Assembly: GCA_964445435.1 (NCBI GenBank)
Contig: CAYUKU010000007.1
Coordinates: forward strand, 3,653-67,652
Direction: 5' to 3'
Length of the DNA: 64,000 nucleotides
Source: an uncultured Gammaproteobacteria bacterium
GTDB lineage: Bacteria > Patescibacteriota > Microgenomatia > UBA10105 > UBA927
Positions 1 to 8,491 of the stretch are shown here, one piece after another (position 1 is the first letter of the stretch; each line of letters opens with the position of its first letter). The position numbers and the translations under genes are program-made. The notes under the pieces were generated by a model. The model was not told where the DNA came from. It did no database searches and was given only the letters and a program-made list of their open reading frames with translations.

Positions 1-12
1 CTTTTCAACCGC

Positions 13-1626
13 GTGGCAGAGCTCGGACTGCCCGTTGATCGGCGAAGCGGCATCGTTCTTCCCGAGGTGCCGCCGGTAGAGGCGCCGATTGGTTCTCTTG
101 ATGAACTTCGTGACGCGGTAACAACCCGAAGGCAAATTCAGGCGAAAGCGATGGTTCTTGCCCACCTGCGTGATCCGCTCGTCATTCAGGCAAAGGAAGG
201 CGGCTACAACGATCCCAAAGATGTTGGTCTTCCCGATGCGGATACCCTCAACATACTCATGAATCTGACAGAAGAGGATATCGTGCTTCGCCATTATTAT
301 ACTGGCGGTAAGGACAGGGTAAACAAGAATGACGAAGAATGGCACACGGCAGATTACATTTCTATTCGTATCCACGACAAGAGGCGTGGGATTGACGAAG
401 AACGCGATCTTCGTATCCGCATGTTGAGAAACGGTGACTTCCAATATCAGCGGGGCGGCCGATGGTATACGGTCCGCAGCGTCAATTCGCTGCGTCAGGC
501 CTTGGGAAGACCGTTTGGAGCTCATACAGCGGCATACGAACACGACGGATACGCCTACATGGATATGTTTCGGGATCGGCTCGCCCATGAGCGCGGCCGT
601 GCAGGACTCATTTATGTTCTCGGCCAGCTCGAACGATTAGGGGTGAAGGACAAAACGACAGTTGATCAATTCACTTTTCTCGTCCGTCAGCTCATCGTAA
701 GCCCGGAGGGGAATCTTTTCCTGCGCCGCTATGAGAGCAAGACGCGCGAAGAAACCCTGGAATGGCTTCTGACGAACGCAAAGACGCGCAAGGCCATCTC
801 ACGGCTCCTCACGACCCAGGAAACGATGCTTTCGCTCCGTGAACAGATGAAGGAAGACGCGCTGGAATTCATAACCCGATATCAGTACGCCGCGTCTCTT
901 ACGCTCGGGCTTTTTGCGAAAGCAGGACTGACCCATCTCATGCGCGATCCGGATTCCCTCACGAGTCTTGTCGGTTTGGGTGTCGGATGGGGTCTGCTTA
1001 TGAACCGACTCATGGCCCGCGTCAAGCATGGTTACCTTGTCGGATCAGTGGATCATACGATGGTTCAGCTTATGGAGCGCATCACGGGCCACGTTGCCGC
1101 CTTTGGCATGGGAGTATTGCTCTCTGAACCGACGCATGCATTGTTTGAACGGTTCACGGAGCATGCCGATGCTTCAGGTGTGTCAGTGACCCATGAACCG
1201 ACCGCAACCCTCGACGCGCCGGGAGGTCAAACAGTGACTCAGCCTCACTCAGACGGTTCGGGTGTGCCCGTACAGCCGGACGCAGGTGTAGCAGGCACAC
1301 CTCTGCCGTCCGACGCCACTCCTCAGTCCGTCACACCATCACAACCCGCGTTTGATGCCTCGATATACCATGGTGACTGGCAGACGCACATGGTGGAGAT
1401 GGTGAATAAATTAGGTGGCACTCAGGGGTGGATGAACACGATCGACAACAACGGCGTTTCCCAGGCAGAAGTAATGACTCACTGGCAAATTTTGCTGGAT
1501 GGCAGGATTCCCTCAGAGGACCTTTCCCGAATCCTGGACCAGATCGCGCAGACGAAAGACTTTTTTGAGTATATGAACCTCCGCGAAACGCTCCTAAGAG
1601 ATCTTCAAGTTCTCCTGGCTCAGTAA
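13..1626 (+). CDS. hypothetical protein, 537 aa, possibly 5'-truncated by the window edge
   Basis: Long ORF beginning at the first Met in the window. No recognisable catalytic motifs. The Pro/Thr/Ser-rich segment near the C-terminus looks like a linker. Confidence 0.45.
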   Translation: MAELGLPVDRRSGIVLPEVPPVEAPIGSLDELRDAVTTRRQIQAKAMVLAHLRDPLVIQAKEGGYNDPKDVGLPDADTLNILMNLTEEDIVLRHYYTGGKDRVNKNDEEWHTADYISIRIHDKRRGIDEERDLRIRMLRNGDFQYQRGGRWYTVRSVNSLRQALGRPFGAHTAAYEHDGYAYMDMFRDRLAHERGRAGLIYVLGQLERLGVKDKTTVDQFTFLVRQLIVSPEGNLFLRRYESKTREETLEWLLTNAKTRKAISRLLTTQETMLSLREQMKEDALEFITRYQYAASLTLGLFAKAGLTHLMRDPDSLTSLVGLGVGWGLLMNRLMARVKHGYLVGSVDHTMVQLMERITGHVAAFGMGVLLSEPTHALFERFTEHADASGVSVTHEPTATLDAPGGQTVTQPHSDGSGVPVQPDAGVAGTPLPSDATPQSVTPSQPAFDASIYHGDWQTHMVEMVNKLGGTQGWMNTIDNNGVSQAEVMTHWQILLDGRIPSEDLSRILDQIAQTKDFFEYMNLRETLLRDLQVLLAQ

Positions 1627-1643
1627 TTCCAAGCTTCACGTCT

Positions 1644-2702
1644 ATGACAGGTTTTGCTGAAACTGATGAAGGGTATTTTTCCCTTCGAACGATGTTAGAC
1701 CATCCTGAACGTGCTGATAGGCAGTGCTCCCAAGAGGGGGCAATCGTTGCTGCGGCAATGCTTTGGATGTCGTCAGTTGAGAGGGATATAGTTTTGCAGT
1801 ACGCCCAAGGGTCGCATGCATGTTCCGCTTGGGACGCAACGGTCATCATCGCCAGAAGCATGGAGCGTACAGTCCAAAAGCTCGCATCAGTCGGGCTTAC
1901 GTTTGATGAATATATCACTTCATATCAGGGGCTTATGACTGGCGACAATGAAGTGCTACACTTGATAAGTGAAACCGCATTGGCCCGTTTGGGTGAGACG
2001 CTCAAGAATCCTGACACGAAAGCGTTTCATTGGGACAGTCGGTACGGGCGATACACACACGAGCGGCAAAGGATTCATGAGCAGATTGTCCTGCCCCCCC
2101 TGGAGAATTTACGTTCTGCGCGTGTTCCGCGATTTACTATAGTTTTTGGCCCGTTTAGTGCCGGAAAGTCAGAGCAATTTCGCCACCGCGTCGTGACTGA
2201 TACAAATACGCTTGTGATCGATCCGGACGCATTTCGTCCCGAACTCATTGACCATTTTGATCCGGCGAATCACGCGCACGTGCGCGCAACCAACCGTGAA
2301 GTCGCAGATGTCTGTGATATGCAATTTTCAGAAGCGGTAAAGCGAGGTATTTCACTTGTGAGTGAAACATCCCTCCGCGATCTTCCATGGTGGATGCATG
2401 CAGTAACGGATTTAAAAGGCCGGGGATATACCGTTGATGCATATATGGTGCATCGGTCTCTGGCGGAATGTCTCCAGCGGACGATTGCCTATCGCGATCG
2501 GCCTGCTATGATTGCAGATTACCTAGCGCTGATAGAAAGATACCGCACATTTGAGCGTTTTATCGATCAGGCGCCTGTTGATAACATCTATTTTACCGAC
2601 ATGACGGGTGTTGGGAGCATATTTGAGCCAGTTCCGTGCCCCTTGACGCGAGACACTGTTGAAAGAATCACTGCCAACCCGCGCGTTGTCGCGTTGGATT
2701 AG
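1644..2702 (+). CDS. P-loop kinase-like protein (zeta-toxin/UNAG-kinase-like fold) with an ~170-aa unknown N-terminal domain
   Basis: The Walker-A-like motif FGPFSAGKSE is followed by 'LVIDPDAFRPEL', giving a zeta-toxin-family layout (P-loop ... vIDaDelR). The gene starts 17 nt after the preceding ORF, which suggests an operon. Confidence 0.4.
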   Translation: MTGFAETDEGYFSLRTMLDHPERADRQCSQEGAIVAAAMLWMSSVERDIVLQYAQGSHACSAWDATVIIARSMERTVQKLASVGLTFDEYITSYQGLMTGDNEVLHLISETALARLGETLKNPDTKAFHWDSRYGRYTHERQRIHEQIVLPPLENLRSARVPRFTIVFGPFSAGKSEQFRHRVVTDTNTLVIDPDAFRPELIDHFDPANHAHVRATNREVADVCDMQFSEAVKRGISLVSETSLRDLPWWMHAVTDLKGRGYTVDAYMVHRSLAECLQRTIAYRDRPAMIADYLALIERYRTFERFIDQAPVDNIYFTDMTGVGSIFEPVPCPLTRDTVERITANPRVVALD

Positions 2703-2716
2703 CTTTCAAAGAAAAA

Positions 2717-2734
2717 TTCAAAGCTAAGCTTTGA
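2717..2734. repeat. REP-A palindromic repeat copy (TTCAAAGCTAAGCTTTGA), followed by a TCTAGAG...CTCTAGA inverted repeat
   Basis: Read directly. It belongs to a family of eight or more copies across the window. Confidence 0.8.
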
Positions 2735-2845
2735 TTGTCTAGAGACTGTTGGAACGCTCTAGAAAATTGATGAGGATGGCCTTTAACGAATATTTATATT
2801 TCACCATCGCTTTACGTATCTGCGAATTCCTTTATAATCAGCTTC

Positions 2846-4747
2846 ATGGATCAGTCTCATATTCGTAATTTCGCTATCATCGCGCACATCGATCACGGTA
2901 AATCCACCCTTGCTGACCGTTTGTTGGAGCTTACCGGCACTGTGGCCAAACGGGAGATGCAGGAGCAGCTTCTTGATAGTAACCCGATCGAGCGCGAACG
3001 GGGCATTACCATCAAGCTCGCTCCCGTGCGGATGGCATACCAGGGGTACGTCCTCAATCTCATCGACACGCCGGGCCATGTAGACTTTGGGTACGAGGTG
3101 AGCCGCAGTCTCGCTGCGTGCGAAGGGGCTATTCTCGTCGTGGATGCCACGCAGGGAGTGCAGGCGCAGACGCTCGCCAATCTTTACCAGGCCCGCGCAC
3201 ACAATCTCAGAATTATTCCCGTCATTAACAAAATCGACATGCCCCACGCACGTATCGATGAAACCAGACGGGAGCTGCGCGAGCTTGGCTTCAAAAACGA
3301 AGAGATGATCGAGATTTCCGCAAAAGTTGGCACTAATGTCGATCAAGTGCTAGATGCTATTATTCGGATTGTTCCGGAGCCCAAAGGCAATTTTGGCAAA
3401 CCCCTACGCGCGCTTATTTTTTCCTCGCAATACGACCCACATAAAGGCGTCGTCGTTTTTGTCCGTGTTGTTGACGGACGAATTGATTTCTCGCCCAATC
3501 TTCGGCTCAAGTTCTTCGCCACATCATCAGAAGTCACTCCGATCGAGACTGGCTATTTCATCCCGAAGATGACCGAATCCAAGTCACTGGCAACAGGGGA
3601 AGTCGGATATATCGCAACAGGCCTCAAAGACGTACGATTTGCGAAAGTGGGGGACACGATCACGATGGGCAAAGCGGTGAATCCGAAAGAAAGCGCACCT
3701 CAGGCAAGCGAGCCGCTTCCCGGCTACAAAGAACCCAAGCCTATGGTTTTTTTGAGCCTGTTTCCCATTTCCGCCGATGAGTTGAGCGCCGCACGCGAGG
3801 CTATGGAGAAATTGCGCCTGAGCGACAGTGCATTCACGTTCCGGCCCATCTCCTCGCTTGCCCTGGGAAACGGCTTCCACTGCGGATTTCTGGGCCTTCT
3901 TCATGCCGAGATCGTTCAGGAGCGCCTGAGTCGTGAATTTGACCTCAATATGATTGCAACCGCCCCGTCCGTCGAGTATCACCTGAGACTCAAACCGGGT
4001 GTCTCCCTCTCCAAGCTTGGGTTTACTGCGTCTTCGCTCCTTGATGCTGATGAGCAGGTGACGGACGCGGGGGGAAAGCCCGCAGCAAGACCCGGTCAGG
4101 ATGTGTTAATTCAATCCGCCGCAGAATTTCCTGACCCCACGTACATCGATGGAGTGAAAGAGCCGATCATGGAAGTGACGATCTTCACGCCCAAGAAATA
4201 CGTCGGCGCCATCATGCAGCTTGCTCAGGAGAAGCGGGGAGAATATATCGATCTTAAATACCTGGGAGAGCAGGCGGAATTTACCTACCTTATACCGCTG
4301 TCAGAAATGATTATTGATTTTTTTGACCGGCTCAAGAGTATTTCCGAGGGGTATGCGAGTCTGGATTATGAATTTTTTGAGTTTCAGGCTGTCGATGTAG
4401 TGAAAATTGATATTTTGGTGAATAAAGAAAAAGTTGACGCGCTGGCATTTCTTGCCGTGCGCGATCAGGCACACCATCGGGGAATAGCGATTGTGGATCG
4501 GTTGGCTGAGGTCATCCCCAGGCAGCAATTTGAGATCCCCATACAGGCTGCAATCGGCGGGCAGATCGTCGCCCGCTCAGATGTGAAAGCATTTCGAAAA
4601 GACGTAATCCAGAAGCTCTACGGGGGCGACAGAACGAGGAAAGACAAGCTCCTCAAAAAGCAGGCCAAAGGCAAGGCGAAGATGAAGATGATCGGCCGCG
4701 TAGAGATACCACAAACGGCATTTTTTGAGGTATTAAAACGCGAGTAA
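2846..4747 (+). CDS. lepA: translation elongation factor 4 (LepA/EF4)
   Basis: The N-terminus IRNFAIIAHIDHGKSTLADRLL contains the G1 motif, DTPGHVDF the G3 motif and NKID the G4 motif, and the LepA-specific C-terminal region is present. Length is 633 aa. Confidence 0.95.
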   Translation: MDQSHIRNFAIIAHIDHGKSTLADRLLELTGTVAKREMQEQLLDSNPIERERGITIKLAPVRMAYQGYVLNLIDTPGHVDFGYEVSRSLAACEGAILVVDATQGVQAQTLANLYQARAHNLRIIPVINKIDMPHARIDETRRELRELGFKNEEMIEISAKVGTNVDQVLDAIIRIVPEPKGNFGKPLRALIFSSQYDPHKGVVVFVRVVDGRIDFSPNLRLKFFATSSEVTPIETGYFIPKMTESKSLATGEVGYIATGLKDVRFAKVGDTITMGKAVNPKESAPQASEPLPGYKEPKPMVFLSLFPISADELSAAREAMEKLRLSDSAFTFRPISSLALGNGFHCGFLGLLHAEIVQERLSREFDLNMIATAPSVEYHLRLKPGVSLSKLGFTASSLLDADEQVTDAGGKPAARPGQDVLIQSAAEFPDPTYIDGVKEPIMEVTIFTPKKYVGAIMQLAQEKRGEYIDLKYLGEQAEFTYLIPLSEMIIDFFDRLKSISEGYASLDYEFFEFQAVDVVKIDILVNKEKVDALAFLAVRDQAHHRGIAIVDRLAEVIPRQQFEIPIQAAIGGQIVARSDVKAFRKDVIQKLYGGDRTRKDKLLKKQAKGKAKMKMIGRVEIPQTAFFEVLKRE

Positions 4748-4768
4748 TCGTGCCGCATCATCGAGGGG

Positions 4769-5146
4769 ATGAAGCATCATGGTTTCGCCCCGACGATGCA
4801 ATTCGTCTGGTTTTTGACCGTGATGGGTCAACTGATGGCGCTCATCTTCACCTACGTCTTGGGTCAGGGTAAGCCGGTGTTCGGCGAGACACTCGCGGTG
4901 CAGATGTACTTCCTGGCGAATCTCGCAAGCGCAGTGCTCGCACTAGTCGTGCTCTTTACGTTCTACGAGCACGGCTTGTCTGCCGGACTGGCTGGCGCGG
5001 GTGCACTTCTTGCACTCCCGATGGTGTGGATTCGGCAGATTCCCGATTCGCCGTGGACGATCACGGTGCCGCAGGTCACGGTCATCCTTCTGTTGATCGC
5101 GTGCTACGCGCACGGGTATCTCCACAGGGTGGATAAAAAGCAGTGA
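4769..5146 (+). CDS. small integral membrane protein, 125 aa, 3-4 predicted TM helices
   Basis: Hydrophobic helices. It starts 21 nt after lepA. Confidence 0.4.
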   Translation: MKHHGFAPTMQFVWFLTVMGQLMALIFTYVLGQGKPVFGETLAVQMYFLANLASAVLALVVLFTFYEHGLSAGLAGAGALLALPMVWIRQIPDSPWTITVPQVTVILLLIACYAHGYLHRVDKKQ

Positions 5147-5254
5147 CCTGCCAAATGATGACATCTGCCCGCCTGGGTTTGAGAAATTGTTCCGCGTGCG
5201 GTTGTTATCATTTGACAACTTGCAAATTCGACCCAAAGACCATACGCTACGTAT

Positions 5255-5404
5255 ATGGCACCGCAAAAGCTGGCATCAGATGAATTAGAAGCCAAGAAAA
5301 CACGCCTTCTTGTGAACCTGAAATCCATCCGTAAATACCTTCTTGCCAAGCAAAAACTTTCTTCAGCCTTGAAGGATCTTCAAAAAGATTTTAATAGCAA
5401 ATAG
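5255..5404 (+). CDS. possible small 49-aa charged helical protein (MAPQKLASDELEAKKTRLLVNLKSIRKYLLAKQKLSSALKDLQKDFNSK)
   Basis: ORF found by hand; it falls below the ORF-track length cutoff. It ends 2 nt before the next gene. Confidence 0.2.
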   Translation: MAPQKLASDELEAKKTRLLVNLKSIRKYLLAKQKLSSALKDLQKDFNSK

Positions 5405-5406
5405 CT

Positions 5407-6429
5407 ATGCCAGAAGAAGCAGATGTCCGGTTGTTTGCTGAAGCCGTCGCAGATGCGGCGGCCAGCCAATTTCCTGACGCTAAGCCGAGGGGAGAGTGGA
5501 ATACCAACCCGGATGAGGATTTAGCAGCTGCGTTGGGAAGTATTATCGAGCAAGAAGAGCCGGAGCAGGCACTCAAAATCGTCGAACAGGTGATTTCCTA
5601 TGTTGAAAAAGGCGGTGAGCACCTGACGCTTCAGGATGTCGACCGGGCGCTGGATGTCAGCGATCAGCTCGTGAAGTTCCTGAAAAAAGAAGCCACCCGG
5701 GAAAAGCGTCAGAGCACGGTCGCTGAGGGTGAATTAACGTTCACCGACCGCGTGCAGCGATTTTTTGGTGGCGAGAACGAGCATATTAAAAAAGCGCGCA
5801 TCGAGGCCAAGCAAGCGGAAAAAGCAGGCAAGAAGGTGGAAAAGAGCCGTGATCAGAATACGAGACTGGATGACGCGATAGATGACATGATCATCACCCA
5901 AGTCTGCGCCATTTCGCCCTCTTTTAAAATAATTGTAGAATCCCAGGATGAGTTAGTGGGAGTGCTGAAAGCAACCGACGGCGTGAAAGATGCCGCTGAT
6001 TCGCTTGAGTCGGCAGGAGTGATAGATGTAGTAGATGCGGATATGGGAAATAGTGTAGTAAACATGGCCATGGAGATGAGCGATAATCTGATCGTTAGCG
6101 CCGCCCGCGATGAGGTAGAGGAAGCCGTGAAGCGCTTGAATGCCGCACTTCGTAAATTCAACGAGACGGATTTTGAAGCAACGCGAAGCGCATTCGCGGA
6201 ATTCGTCGATTCCATAGATGCAACCATGGAGCTTTTGGATACAACCGACGGATTTGGAGCATTTGACGCACTTGATCTTATCGGAGCGCTCCAGACTATG
6301 GACGATGCGGCTGATATTCGTGGGAAAGCGTTGGAGATTGAAGCAGCTTTTGAACATCGTCTGGAAACGGCAGAGCGCTTTATCATGGGGGTAGTTGAGA
6401 ATATTCGTGCAGAGTTGGGTATCCAATAA
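5407..6429 (+). CDS. highly acidic hypothetical protein, 340 aa
   Basis: Long ORF, D/E-rich and predicted helical. No motifs recognised. Confidence 0.45.
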   Translation: MPEEADVRLFAEAVADAAASQFPDAKPRGEWNTNPDEDLAAALGSIIEQEEPEQALKIVEQVISYVEKGGEHLTLQDVDRALDVSDQLVKFLKKEATREKRQSTVAEGELTFTDRVQRFFGGENEHIKKARIEAKQAEKAGKKVEKSRDQNTRLDDAIDDMIITQVCAISPSFKIIVESQDELVGVLKATDGVKDAADSLESAGVIDVVDADMGNSVVNMAMEMSDNLIVSAARDEVEEAVKRLNAALRKFNETDFEATRSAFAEFVDSIDATMELLDTTDGFGAFDALDLIGALQTMDDAADIRGKALEIEAAFEHRLETAERFIMGVVENIRAELGIQ

Positions 6430-6438
6430 TTCAAAGTT

Positions 6439-6457
6439 TTCAAAGCTAAGCTTTGAA
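6439..6457. repeat. REP-A palindromic repeat copy (TTCAAAGCTAAGCTTTGAA + ATTCTTTAGAGCG tail)
   Basis: Read directly. Confidence 0.8.
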
Positions 6458-6530
6458 ATTCTTTAGAGCGTTTTGATGGGCCGGGAAAAAGGATACCCTG
6501 TCATTTTTTGCAGATGGTATACTCATTTTA

Positions 6531-7211
6531 GTGAAACGATTGGTATATATTCTCCTTCTGGTTAGTCTGTTTCTTAATGGCATATATACATTGCGTTCCT
6601 GGCGTTCCCAGATAGTCGCATCCGTTCCGGATGGAGATAGTCTCCAGTTGGCAGACGGCAGGCGGGTGCGGCTTTTGGGTGTTGATGCGCCGGAGCGCGG
6701 CAGGTGCATGAGCGACGAAGCGCGTCTTCTCTTGGATGCGATTGCCCGCGGCAAGCACGTCCGGCTGAAAAATGTCGTCCAGGACGATTACGGACGCGTC
6801 CTTGCCAATGTCATCATTGAGGACTTCCGCACTTGGACGGCATATCTCCACTATCGGTATTTCTCGGACGGGAAAAACACCGCCGACCCGTACCTCAACC
6901 GTGTTATGGTACGAAATGGTTTAGCACGGTTTGAGTCAGTTGAGGGAGAGTACAAGAAAACGTTAACCGAGGCCTCTCAAGAAGCAAAAGAACATCACCG
7001 CGGCATCTACTCAGGCGTCTGTCGCAAGCCGGCACCGTCCGACGGATGTGCGATCAAGGGAAACATACGGGAAGGCAAGCCGGTCTACTATATGCCAAAC
7101 TGCAAATACTACGATCAGGTGATTGTGGATGAAGCTTTTGGTGACCGGTGGTTCTGCTCGGAGAAAGAAGCCAAAGACGCCGGATTTGCATTTGCCCCTT
7201 CGTGTGATTAG
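6531..7211 (+). CDS. membrane-anchored thermonuclease (SNase-like) family nuclease with a C-terminal Cys-containing IKGNI-type domain
   Basis: N-terminal TM or signal anchor. 'GDSLQLADGRRVRLLGVDAPE' is the staphylococcal-nuclease-type motif. The C-terminal 'CAIKGNIREGKPVYYMPNCKYYDQV...WFCSEKEAKDAGF' resembles a small domain often fused to extracellular nucleases. Confidence 0.6.
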   Translation: MKRLVYILLLVSLFLNGIYTLRSWRSQIVASVPDGDSLQLADGRRVRLLGVDAPERGRCMSDEARLLLDAIARGKHVRLKNVVQDDYGRVLANVIIEDFRTWTAYLHYRYFSDGKNTADPYLNRVMVRNGLARFESVEGEYKKTLTEASQEAKEHHRGIYSGVCRKPAPSDGCAIKGNIREGKPVYYMPNCKYYDQVIVDEAFGDRWFCSEKEAKDAGFAFAPSCD

Positions 7212-7290
7212 GCGGCATCATAACAATTGTCTCATCCGATATTCTATGCATCCGAATACCGGATGAGACATACGTTTTCGCACAGGCAGG

Positions 7291-7632
7291 TTAGACCAAG
7301 ACGGCGACAGCGACTCCGAGAGTGGATGCGCCGCACGCGTGCATAAGCGCGAAGACAATATCGTACTCTCTGCTATACGGGTCATACCATTGCGTTGTGT
7401 TTCTGACGCCGCAGGCAAGAGCGAGCACGAGTTGCGCAGCCACAATCGCGACTGGCATGACGTCAAAAAGCAGAAACGCGCCAGTCAAAAGGGCCATAGC
7501 AAGCACAATATTCCACCGCTTGCCGAACGCGAGCTCGCGTTGCGCGGGCGAGAGTGTCACCATCGCGATGCCGGTTGCCACCAGTTGCAAGGCGGTCAAG
7601 ATTCCTGCCCAAACACCAGGGTGTGAAACCAT
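7291..7632 (-). CDS. small integral membrane protein (113 aa)
   Basis: Three or more hydrophobic helices. The opposite-strand ORFs at this position are likely spurious. Confidence 0.35.
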   Translation of the reverse strand: MVSHPGVWAGILTALQLVATGIAMVTLSPAQRELAFGKRWNIVLAMALLTGAFLLFDVMPVAIVAAQLVLALACGVRNTTQWYDPYSREYDIVFALMHACGASTLGVAVAVLV

Positions 7633-7768
7633 GAGGCTTCCTCCTTTCTCCCCAAAGATGTAGATGTGCGAAAGATTGGCTGTTCGTATCGAGAGAGTAA
7701 GCTGAAATTACACGCTTTTCTCAATCCAAACGCCGTTTGCGGGAGTATAACACGTGGAGGCTATGGCC

Positions 7769-8491
7769 TCAAACACGCTCGACTCTGATTCCTAAGAGCC
7801 GCGAGAGGCCGGTTTTGAGCCCCCAGGAGGCCACAAGAAGCACGATATTGACTCCCAGGACTATTCCCAGCGATTGGGTGAGCGTGGTGAGCGTGCGCAC
7901 GGCGATCTCAAGCAGGGGCCCGGTGAGCGCGAGCCGGAAGCCGTAGAAGTAGGCAGCCGTGGCAAAGCCGCCCATCACGATGGCAAACGGGATGAATCCG
8001 GCGAGGTCCTCAGGAGAAGAAAACATGGAATTGGAGACGGCGAATATGGCGTACCCGGCAAGAAGAAGCAGGTAGAAATCCGTATTTTCAAAAAAAGGTA
8101 TCCCGGACGAGAAAACAGACGCTACCAAGCCGGGCAGAAAATATGAAATCGCGGTCAGCACAATCATTCCCCAGAAAAGCGGAGCCAGACCAATGGCATA
8201 CCGACGGAACGGATCGGATGCACCGATCATCACACTGCCGCTTCTGATGTTTCCTCCCCGCAGGTTTTCCGGTACCAGCGACAATTTTCCTGTCGCAACG
8301 CGCAGAATTTCGGCAGTGAACAAGTGGGACAATTCATGGACAACCGTGCCGGGGAACAGAAGAAACAACAGAATCGACAGCGACACTGTTTGTGAACGGA
8401 AGAGCATAAGAAGCACATCAAACATCGCCTTCGTCAGCCACTGGGAGAGAACATAGAGAAGAATAAGTTCGCCAACGAGGGTCCACGTCAT
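7769..8491 (-). CDS. polytopic membrane protein with HExxH motif (putative intramembrane zinc metalloprotease-like)
   Basis: 'VVHELSHLF' lies inside a hydrophobic segment and there are six or more TM helices. The stop/start overlaps the downstream GT-C gene. Confidence 0.4.
   Translation of the reverse strand: MTWTLVGELILLYVLSQWLTKAMFDVLLMLFRSQTVSLSILLFLLFPGTVVHELSHLFTAEILRVATGKLSLVPENLRGGNIRSGSVMIGASDPFRRYAIGLAPLFWGMIVLTAISYFLPGLVASVFSSGIPFFENTDFYLLLLAGYAIFAVSNSMFSSPEDLAGFIPFAIVMGGFATAAYFYGFRLALTGPLLEIAVRTLTTLTQSLGIVLGVNIVLLVASWGLKTGLSRLLGIRVERV

Noticed and set aside
5853-6443. 196-aa and 157-aa minus-strand ORFs antisense to the acidic 340-aa gene
   Set aside because: The translation is Ser/Ala-rich and low-complexity, with no start context. 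It is the antisense shadow of a D/E-rich gene.
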